36,900 bases of DNA. It comes from a virus. Taxonomy: Duplodnaviria; Caudoviricetes. The position numbers and the translations under genes are program-made. Each line of letters begins with the position of its first letter. Position 1 is the first letter of the stretch. Of this stretch, positions 8,196-15,961 are shown piece after piece. Location of the stretch: positions 1-36,900 of IMG/VR virus record IMGVR_UViG_3300007734_000641; one strand, 5' to 3'. Under the pieces are notes generated by a model. The model saw only the letters and a program-made list of their open reading frames with translations. It searched no databases and had not been told where the DNA came from.

Positions 8196-8287
8196 ATGGG
8201 ACAGGGCCGAGAACCCCGCAGACTCACACGCGACCCCGCACGCGCTGCCCTGTCCCATGTCTGCGCTCCATGGTGGCGGAGCGCAGA
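8196..8287 (-). other. Twin hairpin element in the leftward early transcript
   Basis: 12-bp stem 8196-8207/8247-8258 and 10-bp stem 8260-8269/8278-8287, separated by 1 nt. Confidence 0.7.
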
Positions 8288-8293
8288 AGCTCG

Positions 8294-8608
8294 TTAAATG
8301 TTGAACGGAACGTATTCCGGGCCGGTGTATTCTGGCCGCTCACGAGGCGAAAACCGAACGTCGGAGGGTATCTCGCAAAGCTCCATGATGTGATCCCGCT
8401 CGCAGGCCAGCGCCTCGTTGCCGAGATCGAAAATCTCACCGCTGAACACCCACACCAGGGCATCACCGTGCCGAGGTTTGAAGCCGACCTTGCGCAAGTC
8501 GCCGCGCTCGTCCAACGCCAGCACACAGTCAACGTCGGGGCAGTAGGCGACAACCTGACCGCCGACAGTCACCGGGATTTCAAGGCTCCAGTCACATTGA
8601 CAGCTCAT
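8294..8608 (-). CDS. Hypothetical protein, first gene from pL
   Basis: RBS GAGGGAG; directly after the structured leader. Confidence 0.7.
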   Translation of the reverse strand: MSCQCDWSLEIPVTVGGQVVAYCPDVDCVLALDERGDLRKVGFKPRHGDALVWVFSGEIFDLGNEALACERDHIMELCEIPSDVRFSPRERPEYTGPEYVPFNI

Positions 8609-8715
8609 TTTCCATCTCCCTCTGTGAGCATCACCGCCGCGCCTAGAGCTTTACCCGGTGGCTAGATCCGTCCACTTTCGGCCGGCTGGCGGGCCATCTG
8701 CGGCGGTGATGAGCT

Positions 8716-8744
8716 AACATAGTTGGGAATATCCTACACGTCAA
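8716..8744 (-). promoter_or_regulatory. Leftward early promoter (pL-like)
   Basis: TTGACG-17-TATGTT on the minus strand with an operator in the spacer. Confidence 0.8.
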
Positions 8745-8836
8745 CACAAAAAGTAGGGGCAACCCAACAATTGTGGATAACTCAACATTTTCAACAGGCG
8801 AGCCACTACCGCTTGACTTTGTATGGCAACCAATAC
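8722..8836. promoter_or_regulatory. Three 16-bp operator-like pseudo-palindromes
   Basis: GTTGGGAATATCCTAC (8722-37), GTAGGGGCAACCCAAC (8753-68), GTATGGCAACCAATAC (8821-36); first and third lie in promoter spacers. Confidence 0.65.
8772..8780 (-). promoter_or_regulatory. Consensus DnaA box
   Basis: TGTGGATAA = reverse complement of TTATCCACA; function unproven. Confidence 0.45.
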
Positions 8837-8842
8837 TAGGGT
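8813..8842 (+). promoter_or_regulatory. Rightward promoter (pR-like), likely leaderless cro mRNA
   Basis: TTGACT-18-TAGGGT, 6 nt before the ATG at 8849; no SD. Confidence 0.6.
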
Positions 8843-8848
8843 TGCGTC

Positions 8849-9076
8849 ATGTCAACAAGAGATCAAATCGCAGCCGACATAGAGGCTTTCCTCAAGCGCA
8901 CGGGCATGCCGCCTGCTACGTTCGGTCGACGCGCTATGTCTGATCCGATGTTCGTTTTCGAATTGCGCGGCGGCAAGCGTGACATGCGCTCGCGAACAGT
9001 CGATAAGCTGCGTGCGTTCATGAAGTCGTACCGCCCAAAGCGGTGCGCGGGAAACGAAAGCCGCGCCGCCGCGTGA
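8849..9076 (+). CDS. Cro-like HTH regulator (alphaproteobacterial phage type)
   Basis: IEAFLKRTGMPPATFGRRAMSDPMFVFELRGGKR..TVDKLRAFM; first gene from pR. Confidence 0.85.
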   Translation: MSTRDQIAADIEAFLKRTGMPPATFGRRAMSDPMFVFELRGGKRDMRSRTVDKLRAFMKSYRPKRCAGNESRAAA

Positions 9077-9104
9077 GTTAGTCCGCGTCCCTGTTACCGT
9101 TGCG

Positions 9105-9392
9105 TCTGAGTAGCTGCCCGCCGTGAGCGGTGGGTTGGTGGATGCTCGTGATCGCAAGGCACGGGCGCCGGGTGAGACCGGCGCGCATACTCCGCCAATC
9201 CTCCGCTGCCGAAAGGTGGCGTCTCCCATGTTGAGCCGAGCTGGGGTGCCTATTCCGTTGGGCATCCCAGCCGGGAGGGAGAAACGAGAAGGCCCCGCAG
9301 CTGTGAACTGAGGGGCCCGGTGGTTGGGTTCGGTAAGTAGCCGAGGCTCAACCGTGAAACGCGCTTACTGCCCGTAGGAGGGGCGAGCGGAC
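9105..9392 (+). ncRNA. Candidate large structured RNA downstream of cro
   Basis: At least 8 helices, nested multibranch pairing, GAAA/GCAA tetraloops, G-U pairs favouring the + strand. Confidence 0.5.
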
Positions 9393-9605
9393 ATGGACTG
9401 CACGTTAACAAATCAATCGCGCGAATGCAATTCGGCAACAGCGCAAGCGGAAACTTTCAATTTGATTATCGGATGCCAGCGCGCCACCGGGTGGACCGGT
9501 TCGGACCTGATCGGCCTGCTGATGAATGGCGCTGGATTGATCCGCGACGGCAACGCTTTTCGTCTCATCGCATCTGAGGCTTTCGAGCAGGGGGCGCTGT
9601 CATGA
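9393..9605 (+). CDS. Hypothetical protein
   Basis: RBS AGGAGG; stop overlaps next start. Confidence 0.55.
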   Translation: MDCTLTNQSRECNSATAQAETFNLIIGCQRATGWTGSDLIGLLMNGAGLIRDGNAFRLIASEAFEQGALS

Positions 9606-9835
9606 TGGGCGCTGTCATGATGAGCGAAATCGACGACCTTGAAAGCACGATCTATCCAGAAGGCTACGCCCCTCTCGATCCGATCAAGCTCAGCGCAGCG
9701 GTCAAACGCAAGCTAGGGCTCTATCAATATCAAACCGAAAAATCATTGCGGAATCAGCGCATCAGTGCAGCCGATCGGCGACGACAAGTAGCAGAGCCTT
9801 CACTGCCGAGACTGAAATTCCTTGAGCGAGACTGA
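9602..9835 (+). CDS. Hypothetical protein
   Basis: Coupled ORF ending PSLPRLKFLERD, a tail seen in alphaproteobacterial phage proteins. Confidence 0.65.
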   Translation: MMGAVMMSEIDDLESTIYPEGYAPLDPIKLSAAVKRKLGLYQYQTEKSLRNQRISAADRRRQVAEPSLPRLKFLERD

Positions 9836-9882
9836 AAAGAAAAGAGGCGGGAACTGCCCCGGCAAGGGCCCCGCCTCAAAAA
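9835..9882 (-). terminator. A-run-flanked hairpin upstream of rep; intrinsic terminator on the minus strand
   Basis: GAGGCGGG (9844-51)/CCCGCCTC (9870-77), followed by a T-run on the minus strand. Confidence 0.5.
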
Positions 9883-9903
9883 CCAACTGTTGAGGACAAA
9901 AGT

Positions 9904-10476
9904 ATGCCAGCGAAACATGTCACCGTCAAGGCACAGAGCAAGTCGAAGGCCCCAATCGTAACGAGATATTCGCGGTGGGTGCGGCTCTACACAAGTATTC
10001 GACACGATCCCAAGATCGGAATGCTTAGTGACCATCAGTTCCGCGCCTGGATCAACATCCTGATGATTGCTGGAGAGACGGAAGGCGGGAAACTACCGCC
10101 GGTCAAATCCATCGCTTTTGAGCTACGCACGACACCGGACCGGGCGCAGCAGCTCATCGACGATCTGATCGACGTGGGGCTAATCGACGTAGCCGGGCGA
10201 GCGGGTGATATTCTCGTCCTCGTTCCGCACAATTGGACGGCCCGGCAATTCCAGTCCGATACCTCGACAGAACGATCGAGGCGGCACCGAGAACGAACGC
10301 GACAGCAGGTCGATGCAACGGGATGCAACGTTGCAGAAACGTTCCAGCAACAAAATTGCAGCGTCCCCGCTCTGACTTCTGTCTCTGACTCTGAACTATC
10401 TATCCAAGGAAGTAAGAACGCTACCTATCAAACGCGAGAGACGTGGCCTACCGCTGACGACGAGGTGCCGCTGTGA
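9904..10476 (+). CDS. Replication initiator (replisome-organiser-like N-terminal wHTH)
   Basis: WVRLYTSIRHDPKI..LSD..FRAWINIL..IAFELR..HNWTARQFQSDTSTERSRRHRER. Confidence 0.8.
   Translation: MPAKHVTVKAQSKSKAPIVTRYSRWVRLYTSIRHDPKIGMLSDHQFRAWINILMIAGETEGGKLPPVKSIAFELRTTPDRAQQLIDDLIDVGLIDVAGRAGDILVLVPHNWTARQFQSDTSTERSRRHRERTRQQVDATGCNVAETFQQQNCSVPALTSVSDSELSIQGSKNATYQTRETWPTADDEVPL
10311..10374. repeat. Iteron-like repeats, putative origin inside rep
   Basis: GATGCAACG x2, palindrome TGCAACGTTGCA, further GAAACGTTCCAGCAAC/TTGCAGCG variants. Confidence 0.55.
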
Positions 10477-11975
10477 CCTCGCTCAAGCCGCTACGCCCTC
10501 ACCAACTGCGAGCCATCGACGGCCTCAAGCAATCGATCGTGGATGGACATCGCCGCCCGATGCTCCAGGCACCGACCGGAGCGGGCAAGACCGTGATCGG
10601 TGCCCACATCGTTGCCGGTGCTCGCGCCAAGGGCAAAACGCTGGCGTTCTGCGTCCCCTCGATCAGCTTGGTTGACCAGACCTTCGAGCGCTTCGTCGAG
10701 AACGGCATCGACCCGGCCGACATGGGCGTCATCCAGGCCGATCATCCCTGGAAGCGTCCCGGTGCCCCGGTGCAGATCGCCACAGCGCAATCGCTGGCTC
10801 GGCGCGACCGTCCCGACGTTGACCTCGTGGTGATCGACGAAGCCCACGTGATGCACAAGGTTTATCAAACTTGGATGGACGAAGCTCCCGACAAGCTGTT
10901 CATCGGGCTTTCGGCAACACCCTGGGCCAAGGGCCTCGGCAAGCGCTTCGACCATCTGATCAAGCCGACCTCGACGCAAGAGCTGATCGACCTTGGGATG
11001 TTGTCGAATTTCAGGGTATTCGCGCCGAGCCATCCCGACCTGACCGGCGTTCGCACCGTGGCCGGCGACTACCACGAGGGCGACCTTTCCGAAGCGATGT
11101 CGAAGGCTCACCTCGTCGCCGACGTGGTCACGCAATGGCTGGCGCGCGGCGAGAACCGGCCGACGCTGTGCTTTGCCGTCAACCGAGCGCACGCGCAATT
11201 GCTCGCCATGCAGTTCACGGAAGCCGGGGTACCCACGGCCTACGTCGATGCCAACACGCCCCGCGAAGAGCGCGAGACCATCGGCAAGCGACTGGCGGCG
11301 GGCGACGTGAAGGTGGTTTGCAATATCGGATGTCTGACGACCGGGATTGATTGGGACGTGCGATGTCTGATTCTCGCCCGCCCGACGAAATCCGATATGC
11401 TGTTCGTGCAGATCATCGGCCGGGCGCTGCGCACCGCTGACGGCAAGGACCATGCGATCATCCTCGACCATTCCGACACGCATCTGCGGCTTGGCATGGT
11501 GACGGATATCGATCACGACGGCCTCGACGACGGCCGGCCGCAGTCGGCGGCTGATCGCAAGGCGAAGGAACGCAAGCTCGCTGCTCCGCGTGAGTGCGGC
11601 AAGTGCGCGGCACTGATCCCGGCGCTGATGCGGGAGTGCCCATGCTGCGGAACCGTAGCCCCGCCGCGTACAGGCGTGACGGTGGACGACGGCGACCTGT
11701 CTGAAATCGGCGGTGTTAGTTCGCCCGTGGTCGAGCTTCTCCGCAAACTCGGTAAGCAGCGAGTCTATAGCGAGCTTGTCGGCATCTGCGAGGAACGCGG
11801 CAAAAAGCAGGGCTACGCCGATCACACGTACCGCGAGATTTTCGGTGTATGGCCGCGCGGGTTGTTCAAGGGGAGTATTCCACCAGGGCCGCAAATCACG
11901 GCATACGTTCGATACAAAAATATCCGGTTCGCGAAGTCGATTGCCAAGACGGAGGGGACCGGCCATGCAATTTGA
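10473..11975 (+). CDS. SF2 DEAH helicase (YejH/RadD-like) with C-terminal Zn finger
   Basis: APTGAGKT, DEAH, SAT, QIIGRALR, CGKC..CPCCG. Confidence 0.93.
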   Translation: MTSLKPLRPHQLRAIDGLKQSIVDGHRRPMLQAPTGAGKTVIGAHIVAGARAKGKTLAFCVPSISLVDQTFERFVENGIDPADMGVIQADHPWKRPGAPVQIATAQSLARRDRPDVDLVVIDEAHVMHKVYQTWMDEAPDKLFIGLSATPWAKGLGKRFDHLIKPTSTQELIDLGMLSNFRVFAPSHPDLTGVRTVAGDYHEGDLSEAMSKAHLVADVVTQWLARGENRPTLCFAVNRAHAQLLAMQFTEAGVPTAYVDANTPREERETIGKRLAAGDVKVVCNIGCLTTGIDWDVRCLILARPTKSDMLFVQIIGRALRTADGKDHAIILDHSDTHLRLGMVTDIDHDGLDDGRPQSAADRKAKERKLAAPRECGKCAALIPALMRECPCCGTVAPPRTGVTVDDGDLSEIGGVSSPVVELLRKLGKQRVYSELVGICEERGKKQGYADHTYREIFGVWPRGLFKGSIPPGPQITAYVRYKNIRFAKSIAKTEGTGHAI

Positions 11976-12885
11976 GCGCATTCAGGACCGCGCTATCGGA
12001 CGCTGGCGCAACCTTCTGCCTGCCATCGGCATTCACGAGCAGTTTCTTTCACGCAAGCACGGCCCCTGCCCGATGTGCGGCGGCACCGATCGCTTCAGGT
12101 GGGACGACAAGGCCGGCAGCGGATCGTTCTATTGCAACCAGTGCGGGGCCGGTTCCGGTGTCGACCTTGTGATGAAGTTCAAGGGTATGAGATTCATCGA
12201 GGCCAAGCGGCTGATCGAGGAACACCTGCCATCTGCGGTGCTGGAAGTGCCAAAGGCCAAGACCAGAACGGCCAACATCGACAAGCTCGAAAGCGTGTGG
12301 CGTGCAGCTCTGCCACTCAAGGGTGACGATCCGGCCTCATGGTATCTCAATCGGCGCGGGCTCTCATTCGAGGGCGTGGCCTCTCTGCGCTGGATCGCCA
12401 AGTTTCCGTACTACCACGAAGACAAGTCGAAGACGGAACACCCGGTCATGCTGGCGCTGTTCGTCGGCCCTGATCGCGCCAAGCATACGATCCAGTACAC
12501 CTACCTCGACACCCACGGGTGCAAGGCGGAAGTCCCAAAGCCGCGCAAGCTCGCCCCGGCACAGATCCCGCACGGTGGCGCCGTTCGTCTCGCCCCGTCT
12601 GCTGACACGATGGGGATAGCCGAAGGCGTTGAAACAGCCATGGCTGCTTCTAAGCTGTTCGACGTTCCGGTGTGGTCGGCTCTGTCGGCCGGCGGGATGC
12701 TCAAGTGGCAACCGCCCATCACCGCGCGCCACGTGATCGTGTTCGGCGACAATGACGCGAACTGCACCGGACAGGCGGCTGCATGGTCACTGGCGCACCG
12801 GCTCAACATCGAGGGCATTCGCGCAGAGGTTCGCATTCCTGATCTGGAAGGCGATTGGAACGACGTGCTGGGAGCAAGCTCATGA
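11965..12885 (+). CDS. Primase: P4-alpha-type Zn-binding domain plus Toprim
   Basis: HGPCPMCGGTDRFRWDD..FYCNQCG; IAEGVETA..FGDND..DWND; start MQFERI at 11965 with RBS GGAGG. Confidence 0.9.
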   Translation: MQFERIQDRAIGRWRNLLPAIGIHEQFLSRKHGPCPMCGGTDRFRWDDKAGSGSFYCNQCGAGSGVDLVMKFKGMRFIEAKRLIEEHLPSAVLEVPKAKTRTANIDKLESVWRAALPLKGDDPASWYLNRRGLSFEGVASLRWIAKFPYYHEDKSKTEHPVMLALFVGPDRAKHTIQYTYLDTHGCKAEVPKPRKLAPAQIPHGGAVRLAPSADTMGIAEGVETAMAASKLFDVPVWSALSAGGMLKWQPPITARHVIVFGDNDANCTGQAAAWSLAHRLNIEGIRAEVRIPDLEGDWNDVLGASS

Positions 12886-12921
12886 CCTACGCGCGATCCT
12901 TGAAGCGGAAGGAATGACGCC

Positions 12922-13110
12922 ATGAACCCCCACCGTTCCGGCATGGATTTCTTACTCGGCATCAAACCCGAACCTGACATCGACAACGCTTTGCTTCTCA
13001 CGATAGCGCTTAAAGCTCTGCAACAATCCAACCCGATTAACGGACGCGCTGCTGAGCTTCGCAGAATTGCAAGGGCTGAGATAACGGCAAAGCTCAAGAG
13101 GGCGGCATGA
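12922..13110 (+). CDS. Hypothetical protein
   Basis: RBS AAGGA; coupled to next ORF. Confidence 0.6.
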   Translation: MNPHRSGMDFLLGIKPEPDIDNALLLTIALKALQQSNPINGRAAELRRIARAEITAKLKRAA

Positions 13111-13379
13111 GCCAAGCAGCCCAAGAGCTTCTAGCCCTCTACCGCAGAGACAGAGCCTATCACGACAGGATCAGACAACAGGAGGTGCTAGCCATGGCGC
13201 TAAAACCAGGAACCCACATGGGCATTCCAATCACGTCCACCGGACACAAGACCAAGCTCGCCAACGCCAAGCTGGTGGACGGTAAGCTGCTCATCAATCC
13301 GCCTCCCGCCCCGCCCCACGTCAGAGCCGCACAGCGCAGGAAAAAAAACAAAGTCACAGGAGCCCGCGCCGCCAAGTAA
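13107..13379 (+). CDS. Hypothetical basic protein
   Basis: ATGA coupling; Lys/Arg-rich tail. Confidence 0.55.
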   Translation: MSQAAQELLALYRRDRAYHDRIRQQEVLAMALKPGTHMGIPITSTGHKTKLANAKLVDGKLLINPPPAPPHVRAAQRRKKNKVTGARAAK

Positions 13380-13421
13380 CAGCCTACCGCGTGCAAGCGT
13401 CCCCGATGAGGGAACAAATAC

Positions 13422-13859
13422 ATGAGCAATAGAGCCGTCGTCTACCGCACCGCCCCCCAGATGGAGCACAAAGCTGCCCAAGAGCTTCGTGAGGCAGGGG
13501 CTCGCGCCTACGTGGCCCGCGACAGGTCAACCAAGCGGAACCCCTTCACGGGCAAGCCTAGGGCCACTGCGCCGGGGTATGTGTTCTCTGACCGGGCATG
13601 TCAGATCGCGTTCGCGAAGCATGTCAAGTCAAAGGTCGGAAACGCCAGCAAGAACGAGCTCGCAAACCTCTACATCGGCAGACCGATCCAGCGCCGCGCT
13701 GAGGAAGCCAATCCTTACAGCGCCGGCCAAACCGTCCTGCGTGGAGAGATCCCGGCAAAGGTGGTCAGCACGTCCGGCCGCTTCTGCCTGATCGCTACCG
13801 ACATGCTCGGGAAGACGCACATGCAATCGATCCACTATACCCAGCTTAGACCTGGCTAA
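13422..13859 (+). CDS. NusG-family transcription antiterminator
   Basis: YRTAPQMEHKAAQELREAGARAYV..PGYVF (NGN); YSAGQTV..DMLGK (degenerate KOW); sits at the Q-gene position. Confidence 0.75.
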   Translation: MSNRAVVYRTAPQMEHKAAQELREAGARAYVARDRSTKRNPFTGKPRATAPGYVFSDRACQIAFAKHVKSKVGNASKNELANLYIGRPIQRRAEEANPYSAGQTVLRGEIPAKVVSTSGRFCLIATDMLGKTHMQSIHYTQLRPG

Positions 13860-14059
13860 GCAGGCCAGTCCGGCGGGCGATAGCCGGATAGGTAGGCATC
13901 AACCAAGCGGCGTTGCGGCTCTCGAATTTCTCGCCGGCCGGTTTCCAAATCGTACTGCATCTGCCGACGTTGAACCCCTTGATAGCCTAGCATGGTCGCC
14001 ATAGCCTCAAGAGTAAGGCCCAGCGTTCGCCGGGCCTTTTCCATTTGAGCTGGTGTCAT
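13856..14059 (-). CDS. HTH (XRE-like) protein
   Basis: MTPAQMEKARRTLGLTLEAMATMLG..DLETGRREI; ATGA-coupled. Confidence 0.8.
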   Translation of the reverse strand: MTPAQMEKARRTLGLTLEAMATMLGYQGVQRRQMQYDLETGRREIREPQRRLVDAYLSGYRPPDWPA

Positions 14060-14313
14060 CGGATTGCGAACAAATAATCTTTTCCGGCTTCGTCGAAGGG
14101 CCATCCGCGCGCAGTATCATTCCAAACAATCCGGTCTTCATCGTCCGGCTTGTCGTTCGTAAGCGTGCAACCCTCTTCGGTGTGCGTCACGGTCAGTTCG
14201 CAACCGGCGTTTTTGCTTTCTTCAGCTACCGCCGTTTCAATGTCTCCACCGTCAACCACGGTGGCAATCAGGAAGTCGCCGGCAAATACGAGGGTGTAGG
14301 TCATCGTCTTCAT
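14056..14313 (-). CDS. Small acidic hypothetical protein (moron)
   Basis: Own promoter; coupled to the HTH gene. Confidence 0.7.
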   Translation of the reverse strand: MKTMTYTLVFAGDFLIATVVDGGDIETAVAEESKNAGCELTVTHTEEGCTLTNDKPDDEDRIVWNDTARGWPFDEAGKDYLFAIR

Positions 14314-14351
14314 CCTTTCGGGTGGGCTTGTTGCCCGTTGCTGATGATTGG

Positions 14352-14380
14352 AAGCTACGGCATCCCCAAGCGTATGTCAA
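14352..14380 (-). promoter_or_regulatory. Sigma70 promoter of the two-gene moron
   Basis: TTGACA-17-TAGCTT; spacer region is a TACG..CGTA pseudo-palindrome. Confidence 0.75.
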
Positions 14381-14409
14381 GCGCAATACAATCACGAAAC
14401 CGTGAGCAC

Positions 14410-14700
14410 TTGCACATTGTGGCGAATTGTGGAACTGTGCAAATCAGGATGACCGCCGGATTTCAGCGTAGCGGCCCGGACTCCGGTTAAACCGTCGAGT
14501 CACCCAATCCAGAATTGCGCGCAAAGCACAAAGGCGGTCCACACCAGGGCCGCCCGCTTTGCGTTACGCCACGCACCTAACAGCTACGCTTTACGAATTC
14601 CCTACGTGGTCGAGCCTTAACCGTCAGACGCGGGCTTCTCCCTCCCGCATGACATCTCAATTGGCCGACACGTAGGGAACCTAACATTCAGACAATGAAC
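14410..14700 (+). promoter_or_regulatory. Putative late promoter and structured leader
   Basis: TTGCACA/TGTGCAA inverted repeat (14410-42); stems 14519-27/14556-64 and 14598-608/14669-79. Confidence 0.45.
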
Positions 14701-14723
14701 GGTTGCTAAAGGAACGCGGAATC

Positions 14724-15035
14724 ATGCGGAAAGTTGCAGCACTTACTGCCATTCTCGCCGCGTCCCCGGCTCTCGCCGCAGACCTTGGCCGGCCCGCCAC
14801 CCTGGCCGATATTCAATCGCTGCCGCCACCGTCTCTTGCGCGCTGCTACGCCGAAACCAGCGTGACCGGCACCTTTCTGCGCACTGATCGCGTGGCGTCC
14901 TACGGCATCGGTGGTGGCTGTGACGCAACCCTTGCCAGTCTCGTCATTGGTGGCGGTCTTCGTGGCGACTGGACGGATGGCGCCGGCATCGCGGTCGGTT
15001 CCCAGCTCCCCGAAACATTGGAGAGAACGCCATGA
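14724..15035 (+). CDS. Secreted Omp25/RopB-like beta-barrel fragment
   Basis: Signal peptide ending PALA-ADL, CYAE..YGIGGGCD..LVIGGGLRGDW; only ~103 aa with no terminal aromatic residue. Confidence 0.55.
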   Translation: MRKVAALTAILAASPALAADLGRPATLADIQSLPPPSLARCYAETSVTGTFLRTDRVASYGIGGGCDATLASLVIGGGLRGDWTDGAGIAVGSQLPETLERTP

Positions 15036-15961
15036 GCACGTCGCAATTCCTCAAAACGCGAAGCCTATCCCAGCTTGCCGGCATCGGCATGATTGTGGCG
15101 GGTATCGCAGCTTTTGGCTATCAGGCGACAAAGAATGCCGTGGTCGCGTCGAAGTTCAGCACCGGCTGGATGGTATACGTTGACGCCATCGGCGGTGCTG
15201 CAGTCGAGCTGTTTGTGGCTGCCGCTGCTATCGGGATCATCAGCCTAGCCAATCGCGGCAAGGTGCAGTCCAGGCGCGCTCTCGGCGGCCTTATGGCGCT
15301 ATGCGTCTGCTTTGGCGTGTTCGCCGCTTCTCAGCAGATCAACATGGGTCGCGCTGAGCGCTCCGCCGGCCAAGGCATCAACCAGTCCAACCTCGCCGCG
15401 CGCCAGACCGAGCAAACCCGCCTGCAAGCCGAATTGGCTACCATGGCAGCGGTGCCTTCTGTCCTCACCGCTCAAAGCGCACTCGACAAGCTCAAGACCC
15501 GCAAGGGATGGGCTGAAACCAAGGGCTGCGCCGAGCCTGGCCGGTTCTCGGTTCTGTGCCGTCAGGTAGCCGACGCAACAGCCACCATCGGCCGCGCCAA
15601 GCGTAAAGAAGCCGTCGAAACTTCGATGTCAACGATCTCAAGCAAGAATGAGGGCACTACCGGCCAGCACGTTGCTTCTGCTGATCCCATGGCCGAACTG
15701 ATCGCCAGCCAAATTGGTGTCAGTCTCATGGCCGCTATGACGCTGATTGCCGTGTTTAACGCTGTGACGATGATGTTGTTGGGCATGTTCGGCGTGCATT
15801 TCGGCCTGATCGTCTACGGTATGGATCACGAAGCGCCGGCTACAGCCGCTCAGCCTACCGCCGAGATCCTGCATCCTACGTTCGCACAGCCCAAGCCTTC
15901 GCAAACGATCGACGGCTCTCGTTCTATTGCCGACGCAATCCAAGCCAAGCTGAGAGCCTAA
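15032..15961 (+). CDS. Multi-pass membrane protein with central coiled coil
   Basis: Three N-terminal TMs, coiled coil with Cys pair (GCAEPGRFSVLC), C-terminal TM(s). Confidence 0.8.
   Translation: MSTSQFLKTRSLSQLAGIGMIVAGIAAFGYQATKNAVVASKFSTGWMVYVDAIGGAAVELFVAAAAIGIISLANRGKVQSRRALGGLMALCVCFGVFAASQQINMGRAERSAGQGINQSNLAARQTEQTRLQAELATMAAVPSVLTAQSALDKLKTRKGWAETKGCAEPGRFSVLCRQVADATATIGRAKRKEAVETSMSTISSKNEGTTGQHVASADPMAELIASQIGVSLMAAMTLIAVFNAVTMMLLGMFGVHFGLIVYGMDHEAPATAAQPTAEILHPTFAQPKPSQTIDGSRSIADAIQAKLRA

Noticed and set aside
9123-9311. 62-aa ORF within the structured region
   Set aside because: No RBS or recognisable motif; dense base pairing explains the region better, though coding is not excluded
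11713-11964. N-terminal extension of the primase ORF
   Set aside because: Lies inside the helicase gene; GGAGG RBS supports the start at 11965
10491-11981. 496-aa minus-strand ORF
   Set aside because: Codon-register mirror of the helicase gene; no independent features
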